The notes under the pieces: model-generated
Database searches by the model: none
What the model was told of the DNA's origin: nothing
The model's input: only the letters and a program-made list of their open reading frames with translations
NCBI GenBank assembly: GCA_051362555.1
Contig: CM120640.1
Span: forward strand, 2,666,001-2,730,000
Reading direction: 5' to 3'
Length of the DNA: 64,000 nt
From: Lingula anatina
Lineage: Eukaryota; Animalia; Brachiopoda
Part shown: in pieces, positions 1-11,250 of the stretch
How positions within the stretch are numbered: the first letter of the stretch is position 1
Layout: each line of letters opens with the position of its first letter
Made by a program: the position numbers and the translations under genes

Positions 1-1840
1 AAGTTGAATAGGAAGTCATATACTGGCAATTTACATGTGACCTTAAAATTGACCTTTGACCTACTTTTCACCATGAACTGAACTTTGCAAATTTTGCTTC
101 CCCTTTATCTCCAAAACTGGCAGAGATAGGTCCATAGTCTCTATTGAACTTGAATAGGAAGTCATATACTGGCAATCTACGTGTGATCTTAAAATTGACC
201 TTTGACCTACTTTTCACCATGAACTGAACTTTGCAAATTTTGCTTCCCTTTTATCTCCAAAACTGGCAGAGATAGGTCCATAGTTTCTATTGAACTTGAA
301 TAGGAAGTCATATACTGGCAATCTACATGTGACCTTAAAATTGACCTTTGACCTACTTTTCACCATGAACTGAACTTTGCAAATTTTGCTTCCCTTTTAT
401 CTCCAAAACTGGCAGAGATAGGTCCATAGTTTCTATTGAACTTGAATAGGAAGTCATATACTGGCAATCTACACGTGACCTTAAAATTGACCTTTGACCT
501 ACTTTTCACCATGAACTGAACTTTGCAAATTTTGCTTCCCTTTTATCTCCAAAACTGGCAGAGATAGGTCCATAGTTTCTATTGAACTTGAATAGGAAGT
601 CATATACTGGCAATCTACATGTGACCTTAAAATTGACCTTTGACCTACTTTTCACCAAGAACTGAACTTTGCAAATTTTGCTTCCCTTTTATCTCCAAAG
701 TTATGCTGTATCAAAAAGTCATATTGGTGGTGAAAGCAAAATGTGCAGTACGGTAATGGATAATAAATTTTGAACTCCGGAAAAATAAAACATAAGGCTT
801 GGCAAAGCAGACAACTTGTGGTCAAAAGTGACATTATTTCATCAAATTTGAACATCTGGAACTTCAGAGCACCTCCCATTTCAAGAATTTTGACCAAAAA
901 GACCTTTTCTTTATTTTAATTAATTTTTTCTGTAGGAAATTTAAGGCACATTATGGTAACTCCAAAATTATAACATTTAGTCCCTTATATCTCCAAAACT
1001 GGCAGAGATAGGTCCATAGTTACTATTGAAATTGAATAGGAAGTCATATACTGGCAATCTAAATGTGACCTTAAAATTGACCTTTGACCTACTTTTCACC
1101 ATGAACTGAACTTTGCAAATTTTGCTTCCCTTTTATCTCCAAAACTGGCAGAGATAGGTCCATAGTCTCTATTGAAGTTGAATAGGAAGTCATATACTGG
1201 CAATCTCAAAGTGACCTTAAAATTGACCTTTGACCTACTTTTCACCATGAACTGAACTTTGCAAATTTTGCTTCCCTTTTATCTCCAAAACTGGCAGAGA
1301 TAGGTCCATAGTCTCTATTGAAGTTGAATAGGAAGTCATATACTGGCAATCTACATGTGACCTTAAAATTGACCTTTGACCTACTTTTCACCATGAACTG
1401 AACTTTGCTTATTTCTTTCTCTTTTAACTCCAAACCTGGCAGAAATAGGCCCATAGTTACTATTGAAGTTGAATAGGAAGTCATATACTGGCAATTTACA
1501 TGTGACCTTAAAATTGACCTTTGACCTACTTTTCACCATGAACTGAACTTTGCAAATTTTGCTTCCCCTTTATCTCTACAACTGGCAGAGATAGGTCCAT
1601 AGTTACTATTGAACGTGAATAGGAAGTCATATACTGGGAATCTAAGTGTGACCTTGAAATTGACCTTTGACCTACTTATTATCATGAACTGAACTCTGCT
1701 TATTTCTTTCTCTTTTAACTCCAAACCTGGCAGAAATAGGCCCATAGTTACTATTGAAGTTGAATAGGAAGTCATATACTGGCAATTTACTGTGACCTTG
1801 GAATTGACCTTTGACCTACCTTACGATGAACTTAACTTTG
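1..1840. repeat. 146-bp tandem satellite (~5 + ~6 units) interrupted by a unique block at ~698-985
   Basis: AA(G/C)TTGAATAGGAAGTCATATACTGGCAAT recurs at 1, 147, 293 and onward; units are nearly identical. Confidence 0.95.
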
Positions 1841-2034
1841 ATTGTACCATTTTTAGTAATATATATATTTTTTGCATATTTTGAAAATTCTTGTTGATTG
1901 CATTTTTACAGCTTGTCAAGCACAAGACTGGTGGCTGTGTTCCTTATTTTGTATATGTGGGGGTCTATACGAATGTGCTTGCTCCAGCTGGTGGTACAAT
2001 ATTCGGAGGCGGTATCGCCTCTCTGATCCTCTAG
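1..2034 (+). mobile_element. Non-autonomous Helentron/Helitron-like element (HINE family 1), copy 1; 5' part lies outside the window
   Basis: 3' end has subterminal repeat CTGGTGGTACAAT (~1988-2000), hairpin GAGGCG-GTAT-CGCCTC and terminal CTAG (2031-2034) followed by T's. The same 3' end occurs at 3715, 21296 and (reverse) 35507. Internal 146-bp tandem array. Confidence 0.85.
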
Positions 2035-2166
2035 TTTATTAATCTCTTCAGTCCTCAGGAATGTTTTTTAGATAGATAAAATGTATGTCTCTTTGTCAGA
2101 TATTTAGTTTTGTTCAGTGTCGTTAAATGTCTCAACTTTATTGTACTTATAATGATTGATTTTCAG

Positions 2167-5100
2167 GAAGCCATGAATAACATTTTCAACTCCATGAAAA
2201 GTTTTCGTCAGAGAATGAAACCAACTGAAAGTACTCTAAAAATGATCAGAACCCTCTGTAAATTTAGAAAGGTAAGGTATTCATTCCAATTTCACCAAAT
2301 GTCCAGACAGTTCAACATTATGACCATGTCTGCAGGAAAGACTAAAAAATTGTGATGGCACTTAATTGCAACACTTGTACCGGTATGGGAGACTAGACAG
2401 GTTTACAATATAGAAATGTTATTAGTACCACCAGCGTGTACGCTGGCGGTACTCATGGTTTTAGTCCCGACCCGTCTCGTCCGGCTCCGCCGGCCCCGCC
2501 CAGCTCCGCGTACTGGCGCCGGATACAAGTCACTGTTACCGCTTCTCCTCCTAGACCGCAAGGACCCCTGTCCCCATCTCTTGGATTTAGGTCACATATA
2601 ACCTCAACTTGAACCCCCAGGTTTTTTTGTCTCAGTCGGTGCATTAACCTGGGCGTGACGCTCGTTGAAATGCACCCTTGTCAAAATTTTTGAAAATTCA
2701 ATGCCAATTATCTACCCTACGGAAGGAATTATGGGAAAAATTTCTACAGACGGCTTTCCAAAAGTCATATGTGTAGATTTCAAATATGCCCTTGGATTTG
2801 ACCTTTGACCTTTATTTCAAGGTCAAACGGGCCAAAATTTTCAAAAAAATGAAATTTTTTACAAAAAAAATATTATTTGCGCTGTTATTCAGACACTACA
2901 CAGACTTAACCAATTATATTATTGGAAAGTGTTACCCTTTGGGTCTTCTTTCATCTCCGTGAATTTGGGGTCAATCGGTGCATTTTCACTGGAGAAGCGG
3001 CCATAAGATACTGAAACTGAAAACTGTCTCTAATTCGGGAACCGTTAATGCTAGCGACCTGTTCGTTTTTGCATTTTGTAGAGCATGTAAAGCCCAGCAT
3101 TGCATATGGTCTCCGTTTTTTTTTTAATTTTATACGGTTTTCGTGTTATGCTGTATTAAAAAGTACATTGTGGTGGCACATTATTGTAACTCAGAATTGT
3201 AACATTATATCTCCAAAACTGGCAGAGATAGGTCAATAGTTACTATTAAAGTTGAATAGGATGTCACATACTGGCAATTTAACAGTGACCATAAAATTGA
3301 CCTTTGACCTACTTTTCATCATGAACTGAGCTTTGCATATTTTCTTGCCTCTCATATCTTTAAAACTAGCAGAGATGTGCCCCTTGTTGCCCCTAGGTTT
3401 TCTCTTTTGTCAGCATATATGCACCATTGACAACACTTTTCAAGGAAAACCAATAGGCCTTTTGTCTAGAGAATACAGGAGTGATCAAGGGTAGGAAAAT
3501 GCAAGTCAATTCGAAAATCTGCTTGATTATACCATTTTTAGTTATATTTTTTTGCATATTTTGAGAACTCTTATTGATTGCATCTTATAGAGCTTGTCAA
3601 GCACAAGACTGGTGATGGTGTCCCTTTTTGGAGGGGTGGGGGGGTCCATACGAATGCGCTTACTCCAGCTGGTGGTACAATATCCGGAGGCGGTATCGCC
3701 TCTCTGATCCTCTAGTTTTAGTTTATTACCATTAAATGTAAAGGGATGAATTGTTAGTAAGAAACAATCTTAAACAGGTTTTAGCAATTTTGATACTTTG
3801 TCATCTTTTTCTTCTCCTTCAAGTGTCAGACCTGGTGCTGGCATCAACGATCAAGGTCCTCCAGTTTTATGTATTTTCAGTCTTTTGGTTGAGCTTGTTG
3901 TTGCAGTACACAGTCATTGATTTGTTGCAAAGGCATTAAGGTTGTCATTGTATGATGTTCTTTGTCTTCCTCTACGTCTTCTTCCTTCAATTTCCCTGCA
4001 GAGTACAATATTTCTATTTTGTCTTTTCTGATGGTATGGCCTAGAGATTTCATTTGTTGTTTTCTGATTGTTTTCATCAGTGAGTGTTGTACTCCTGCAA
4101 GTTGTAACATTTCTTCGTTGGTCTTTATTCCTGTCCAGAATTATCATCAATCTTCTTAGGTACCACATTTCTATGGCTTCCAGGTTTTTCTTAGTGTTGT
4201 TAGAATTTTTTTTATCATGTATGCCAATGTAAGTTTTATATTTTGTTTTCAGCCAACCATTCAACCCACTAACAAACGTTTTAAAAAAATCAAAATTTTG
4301 ATTTCAAGTTATCCCAGCAGCAATTTAGCCACTTATCCAGAATTGACGTCATGGTTTAATTGTTTCCCGCCTAATCCAATTAAAACATTCTTAAGAATTT
4401 TTTTTTCAGAACAACTGGACACTTCTTCAGTTGCCACCAGCACCATCTCCAGGGTATCTGGAGGCAGCAGGAGAACAGATGCTGCCCAGTGTGCAGTTCA
4501 TTACCCCAGGTAGCCTGGACTGGAACACTGTCGGACAAGACAACGAGGAAGAGGTATGTCAAAACTTCACTCTGCCTCCTCAGGGGCGGATCCAGAGATA
4601 TTTCCTGACAGTCTTCCAAATTATCTTTGTTGATCCATCCGCCATTTTTGACCGCCTTCCAACAGAAAAAATTAGATAACCCTCATTGTAAACTTGAAAA
4701 ATCTGACTGTCTTCCGGAAGACCCGGAAGACTACCTAAATCCACCCCTGCTCCTGTAGGATTATTTTGATAGAAGTAGAATGATGAACAGAGAAGCAAAT
4801 TACAATTGAATAAGACTTTTATAGACCCAAAGGGCTGAAGTGAACATTACCCATAGATATGAAAAAAGTACATTTTGTAAAGTACGTAGTATTACGTCTA
4901 GAATATTTAAAGAGGAGCGATGATAATAGCTGCATGTAGCTGTAGAAAATGTTAAATACAAAACCTTGGGTTATTTAATGCACCTTCATCAGTGTAATTG
5001 GTCAAGAGTGTGTCCTGGCATTGCATCTTGCTTTCAAACAGAATTATTTTCAGGTCCCAAGAGTGCCACACGATTTCTCTCCTGAAGACCAGGACTGCAC

Positions 5101-6634
5101 GTGGGGGGATCCAAACTTTGACATGTATGGCTTCTTTATCGAGCATCAGCATGCGTGGGATGCCTGGCGTGGGTGTACCTGGGTGCCAGTGGGACCTCAG
5201 CTCGGCCCACCTCGTTCTCCACATGCTCTCAGCGCAGCAGCCAGCGATGCTTCGGACGAGCCGGATATCATAGAGTATCACCCCAGCGGTGAGGAATATG
5301 GGGCTGATCAGGTGGCGGATAGATTAGAAAGCCAGCTGCAGGAGCTGCTTTCAGAGGCACAGCAGGTGGAAGAGAGGATTAGCAGAGAGGGGGCAGAGGA
5401 AGCACAGGCAGATGAGGAGGAGGAAGAGGAAGAATCGGAGCCAGAGTCGGATTATGAAGATGCCAGAGCATACCAAAGTTACAGTCCCAGAAGTTCTGCA
5501 GAAAATATCACCGAAAGCTTGGTAGCTAACTGTAGTGAATCTGGTAAAGCACCTGAAACGTCAGCGGGTATGGAAGCAGCTAGAGCAGCCCATTCCACAG
5601 ATATTGTCAAGGAAGCCGTGGCATCAGAAGAAGAAGGCACAGAGACTGAAGAAATTGAGGCTTCCGCAGTAAGGACACCAGAGGTGGGAGAAAAAACATT
5701 GACATTTGAATCTAAGGGACCAGAACTCAAACCAGTGGACACTGCAGTTGAGTATGTGGAATTTGTAGTTCCAGTGGACGTTGCAATGGAACCAGTGGCA
5801 GAAGCAGTGGAAGCAGTTCTACATCCAGAAATTAGTGAATGTTTGGAAGCTTGGTCAGATTGTCAAGGAGCTATAGGTCCATTGGTGATTAAAACTCCAT
5901 GTAAAACAAGCACAGCACCTGCGGAAGCCTCTGCAGGAACCATAATATCAGCATTGGTCGAACCAGCTTCGACAGATTTTTCATCGAGAAATGAAGGAGG
6001 AGTAGAGTTTACAACACCTGTAAAGCAAATGACTGCAGATGACGCTGTAGAAGACACAAAAATGACAAAAGCAAATGAAATGGTAAACAATACAATGCTT
6101 AACGAAAAGCCAGCAACACAAGTTATGACAGCAGTTGAAGAAACATCAACAAAAAGGATGACAACTACAACGAAAATAACAGGGACAAACGAGACAGTAA
6201 CAAGGGAGAAACTAACAAAAAAGCAAAAGTCATCGTCAGCATTGAATTTGGCAGCAAAAATAGCAGCATTGGAATTGACTGCCACCGCACCAGTGCGAGA
6301 ATTTCCCACAGCAGGTCTGTTGACACAAAGCACGCCCACACCAACAACCGTGGCATCACCAGAACCCGCGAATGTAAGAGAAGAAAAAGAGGAAAAGAAA
6401 ACTGTGTGGGTACAGGCAGCATGCAGCAGACTGATACTCAACAGTATCAATACATGGCAGTCCATGTCGAGAAGAGAACGAATGATTTCAGTTTTAACTT
6501 GTCTAACTTTTGTCAGTGACATTTATTTGTCCACTATTAACGCCACACACACGAGTTCAATAAACATTCTTCCTGTTATCAAGTGGATGAAAAGTCAGTA
6601 TGTCATCTTAAAAAACAACGGTTCAGAATGCTGA
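2167..6634 (+). CDS. 3' part of an unidentified gene: exons 2167-2271, 4410-4553, 5054-6634; long Glu/Thr-rich low-complexity C-terminal exon; 5' exons outside the window
   Basis: All three exons have polypyrimidine-CAG acceptors; the first two end in GTAAG/GTATG donors. Junctions are phase 0 and join in one frame (EAMNNIF..CKFRK / NNWTLL..DNEEE / VPRVPH..SEC*). The last exon is the 537-aa ORF of the track. Confidence 0.7.
2421..3715 (+). mobile_element. HINE family 1, copy 2 (complete, ~1 satellite unit), intronic
   Basis: 5' hairpin AGTACCACCAGCGT-GT-ACGCTGGCGGTACT. Subterminal inverted repeat GTACCACCAG / CTGGTGGTAC. 3' hairpin plus CTAG at 3712-3715; T-rich flanks. Confidence 0.85.
3803..4190 (-). 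mobile_element. 5'-truncated, frameshifted RTE-like non-LTR retrotransposon (LINE) 3' fragment
   Basis: Two frames give LEAIEMWYLRRLM..., ...KQQMKSLGHTIRKDKIE... and IEGRRRRGRQRTSY, matching the typical RTE-clade ORF C-terminus (EMWxxRR...LGHxxR...GxRxRGR). Confidence 0.75.
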
Positions 6635-7530
6635 AACTTACCGCACTGCTGAGATGAGGGAGGAGTTCCTCGGCTGGCAGACGACAGCGATAAAGACAAA
6701 GTAACAATATGTTTGTGGCAATAACGTGTGTCATTACAATGCGCTTCCGTGAAAGAAAAACGTATAATTTTTAATTCCTCAATGCTTTTTTTTTTTTGGT
6801 AACCCGAGGAGAAAATAAAGAAATTAAACTGATATTTATGAACCTTATGGCAATTATCAGACCATCGAAATGACAATTAACGTGTCGATGTGTTTTCAAT
6901 CCCAATTTGTTGTCAAAATGGCATTACATTTATGTCCTGTTCTTTCAAGCGGTCTTACGTTAACTCCCAATTGTTTTTTTAATGGCAAAAGAAAAAAAAA
7001 ACAAAAACTCGATTCTCAGTACAAGTCAAATTTGAAACAATGTACAATAAAACGCATTTTATTAGATACGATTAATGAAAAAGAATAATAGAAACTCGTG
7101 AAAAATCGATTGCGTTTTTTTATTCTATGACGGCAACTTTGGTTGACCTGGCGGTAGGTTCGTTTGCAAAGTTTCAGTGATTTTCTTTGTGCTTGGATAA
7201 CGCAGTTAAAAATCATATTTTAGATTTTCCTTTCGCCAGGTTCAGCGGGTTGGAGAACTACACCGTTCCCATGCGTCTTCACATGTTATTTTCCGCTTTA
7301 CCTTGTGACTGCAATCGTAACAGGAACGTTGTTCCATGCTCTACGCCCGTAAAGCCGACGTTCTCTTTTTCGTTTTACATTACGTCTAAAAGCGCTAACA
7401 CGATTCATATGATGCTATTCCGTGTAATCAGCCAGTAGCAAACCTAAGATACAGCCGACGATGGTGGTATTGCTATTTTCACAATATTTGAAAGTACCGT
7501 ACCCTCAGAACATGAAGGCTGGCCACAATT

Positions 7531-7980
7531 TCACGGCAGAAATTTTTTGGGGTGCATGCATTTAGAGCTTGGTCTTGAGATCGGAGATGGCGACAAGAGA
7601 CGCAATTCTGCGGTAGTCTGTGTGGAGAGAGACGTCATCTTGACTTCAGTTTGCGTAGATTCGGTGCTACATTCGCTGCATTTTTGATGACTCTGCAAAT
7701 GCCTCACAGTGCCTTTCAGTTCATTTAGCTGCCTTTGATGTACTGAGCTTAATTTTTCTAATTTCTGGGCCGCGTTTTTGCGTCGTTTCTCCATGTTTGT
7801 TTTCCACTGATTAAAATTATGCTGTCTTTGTTTCAAGTCGTGAAGAGCCGGTGCACCCATATCTTTACACGGTGTGCCGTTTGTCCAAGAGGACGACACC
7901 CCTAGCGAAACATGTTGCTCTTTCTCATCCAAGGCGGCGTTCTGGTCGGCTAGAAACTCTCCACTTTTAGCTTTATCCAT
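7531..7980 (-). CDS. Possible single-exon 149-aa coiled-coil protein, unidentified
   Basis: ATG-initiated open ORF, GC-richer than its flanks, with heptad-like segment LHDLKQRQHNFNQWKTNMEKRRKNAAQKLEKLSSVHQRQLNELKGTVRHL. No recognised family. Confidence 0.4.
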   Translation of the reverse strand: MDKAKSGEFLADQNAALDEKEQHVSLGVSSSWTNGTPCKDMGAPALHDLKQRQHNFNQWKTNMEKRRKNAAQKLEKLSSVHQRQLNELKGTVRHLQSHQKCSECSTESTQTEVKMTSLSTQTTAELRLLSPSPISRPSSKCMHPKKFLP

Positions 7981-10039
7981 AAGTTTCAGCTTTTATCCGA
8001 TTACGTTGTCTCCGACCCTAAATCAATTTTTGTGATTTCTTGAAATTTGAATATGAAACGACATCAACGTATTAATAGTTTACAGATGTATAGTTCCTCA
8101 CATACTGTCGCTGAACTATTGGTGTTACGGAGTTATCTGTGGTACTCAGGTGCCCTGTTACGAAAACTATAATGATATTCATGGCTACTTCACGGAGGTT
8201 CCTGTGAACAATTTGCGTGCTCTCGATAAACTATCTTGATCCAATTAGTGGCTGAAATGAGCAAAATTGGAAGCAGCGGGCATGACTTAATTCTATAGCA
8301 TGTTCATCATATTAATCCACGCTGTAAAAGGTAGGCGTATTGCCCTCACTGTTTGTTGAGAATAGCGTATAAAGCACTTGCTATGACACATTGCTTAGCA
8401 ACTACCACGACGCATCAATAAAGAGTTTATCAGTTGCGGTTTTCCGTGTTTTTACAACTACCTAGCTTTACGAGCACGTTGATGGAGTGTTTGATCATTT
8501 CTACACTGCACTTAACTTTTACACTCGTTAAACGTTGCAATTGGTGCTGTACAACATTGTTCGGTAGTTGGTAAGCCTCTTCAGATCAATCATACGGGAT
8601 TATAGCTAGGTTTGTTGCAAAAAATCAATTCTGTGGTTGTGTAGCGTTCCTCATTCACGTTTAATAATACACGATTAAAACAATGATAAAGCAATCATAT
8701 GGTATCCATATGATTTTTTTCAAATGTCGCCAATATAAGTGGACGCCTTTCAATTCTGGGAAAAACGAAGTTCTTGTCATATTCACGGAGACGCAAAGCA
8801 GCATCTGGACAAAGGAAACGAGCAACACTATTACACGGAAGTAATCCTATAATACACAACGTAAAATGATATACAATAAAATCTTATTGTTAAAAAAGAA
8901 AAGCAAGCGTGAGCGATAACCTTCTACGGCTGTTTTAGAACATGTTTTTTCTTCATGGAGGATAATAAAACAATTGTGAAACAAGCGAAATAAAACCCGA
9001 TTGCGAGACAAAACGACCACTCGTTTAATACAGAATCTTGCTTTAACTTATTAACTATTTTCCAGTATGACATCGCTTCCCCCAAAGTACTGAATAAAAG
9101 TAAACCAAAGCACCTAATTCTTCAAAGAACGCTGTTCTCAGTCTATTCCGCCAGTGAATAATATATAAGGATGACAAAATTAATGAAAGAAGCTAACATT
9201 TTCAAACCAATTTTGTTTATGTTATCTGAATCTTTAACTTTCAAAAATGGATAATTATAAATTAAAGCCAACACTGTTTAAATTTTTTTACATATATTTT
9301 ATTATAATTTACCCTGTAAACATCGTGACCAAATATACAATATAAGTATTGCTTGTCCCTAATTTTTTTCAATATCGGGCAGAACATAATATTTAGTGCT
9401 TATAACTGAAAAACGCACTATTTAATTGATACTTTATGTATTAAAGAAAACACGTGTAGTAATGCTCCTTGAAAAAACGTTTTTCAATATCAGGCAATGC
9501 AATATAAACAGTGCTAGAAGCCAAAATACACAATGTTGAACGAATAATTCATAAACAAGTACAATGTAAGAGTATACGTAGTAAGGCTGCTACTACATCA
9601 ACAACAGAAGCCCGTAAATTGTGGACTTCGCAAAAAATGTGCAAGGTTACAAGTAATGCTGTGCAATAAAAAACTTCTCTCACGGCTTCAGGTAGTCTAC
9701 ATTCACAAAAAAGAAAAAAAAATGCTTTAACTGTAAAGTTGTAGAGATAGACCAGCATCCAGAGTTACAGATAAAAAGGAATGAAACTTATTGAATTGCA
9801 CTTTGTTTCTCTTTCATGCTCCTCTTCATCAATTCTCCATTTTAAAGCATATGTATAATCAAGCAGAACAAATGCCTACACCAAGGACGTAATACACGTC
9901 AAATGCATACCGGAACATTTATATAGCGTTTCTAAGAAATGTATCATGCTGTATAAATTCTGGGTAACAGATCCCAGGTTAAAACAAGGAGGCAGGGGTG
10001 AAGACAACATTGTGGTCCCCAACCTTCAAATAATAAAAT

Positions 10040-10252
10040 CCTTTACACTGGACGGCGTCCTTTCTGCGTCCCGTTGTACGGCCCTGTTTGAAGGTTAAAA
10101 AAAATAAAAATAAATAAAAATACTTTACGTGTCGACAACTGTCCGACCATTAAGCATTCATTCTGCAACAAAAGCGATGCTTGTGGCTCCTTTTTACGAC
10201 CACAGCGATGCCAGTTTCATGGTTGCAAAAAGGACGCCGTCTAGTGTAAAGG
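10040..10252. mobile_element. MITE (~210 bp)
   Basis: Terminal inverted repeats CCTTTACACTGGACGGCGTCCTTT / AAAGGACGCCGTCTAGTGTAAAGG with 1 mismatch. Confidence 0.75.
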
Positions 10253-10702
10253 GGGTTTAACTGAAATGTGAAAAATAATTTTGTGGATCTAAGAACATGT
10301 CTTCCAACCCATTTCTATGCAGGGGTGGGTGGGGTGCACCCACCTCCTCCTCTGAACATGTCTGTGATATAATACATACACACGTTTTCTTACTTGGTAG
10401 ATAAAAAAAAAAAAAAAAAAAAAAAAGGCTTTTACCCTTCAATGGCCTAACTGAGTCCATTTGTTAAATTAATAAAGCATAAAGAAATGATTTTAAAAGC
10501 TAAATACACAAGGGAACTGCTTTGAATTCATAAATTCATATGCTAAAATTGCTAATGCTTGTGAATAATAAAAAATGCTTTTAAAATTCAATCAAGATTA
10601 AAACTGAAACGTAATTTTGATTTTCATCTACATTTTTTAAAATGATTGTCATAGAATGCTGCTTCAAATGTTTAAACATAATACTGTAGTGTAGAGCTTT
10701 TA

Positions 10703-11193
10703 TCACTGAAAATATTCATTTTCCTTTCCATTGATTGTCATTTCCATGGCAAACCATGTTCCACGACCTGGAAAAAATATATTATGAAAATGAAATAATA
10801 CAAAATAAATTATAATTACCCCTGAAGTTTGCAGAAGTCAAAAGAGTATTACATGAATATTGAGTATTTGAGTATCACGCAAATAAAATGTCAAAATCAA
10901 ATCTACTGCATGAACAATCCATCTATGAATGGATTGGCTGATCAAAAGGAATTGTTTTTTAAAAATACAGCTTTTAATTTTTGCTCAATAAGAAATGACA
11001 ATACAGGTAAATAGCACAGAAAAATATCAAGCCTGTTATAGTTCAAGTGTTGTTACTATCAGCATCTCAATGTGGAGACAATCACTTACATATGCACTGA
11101 GCAAAAATATAAACACCCCATATGAACTAATTATGTAACATGTATTGGGCTACTGACAGTAATCATTGAACAACAAAATAACTTGGTATGATT

Positions 11194-11250
<57 letters not shown>

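Noticed and set aside
652-1775. Repeated ~80-100-aa ORFs (MTSYSTS..., MVKSRSK..., MVKILE...) here and at 18994-19830, 35846-36151 and 37803-38193
   Set aside because: Chance readings of the HINE satellite and spacer; the 146-bp period breaks the frame and there are no Rep/helicase motifs.
1-1840. CRISPR-like appearance of the regular repeats (also 35710-37700, 54455-54818, 59044-59749)
   Set aside because: Units are contiguous near-identical monomers with no unique spacers, there are no cas genes, and the context is a spliced eukaryotic genome.
5479-6522. Minus-strand ORFs of 87 and 219 aa
   Set aside because: Antisense shadows of the low-complexity plus-strand exon.
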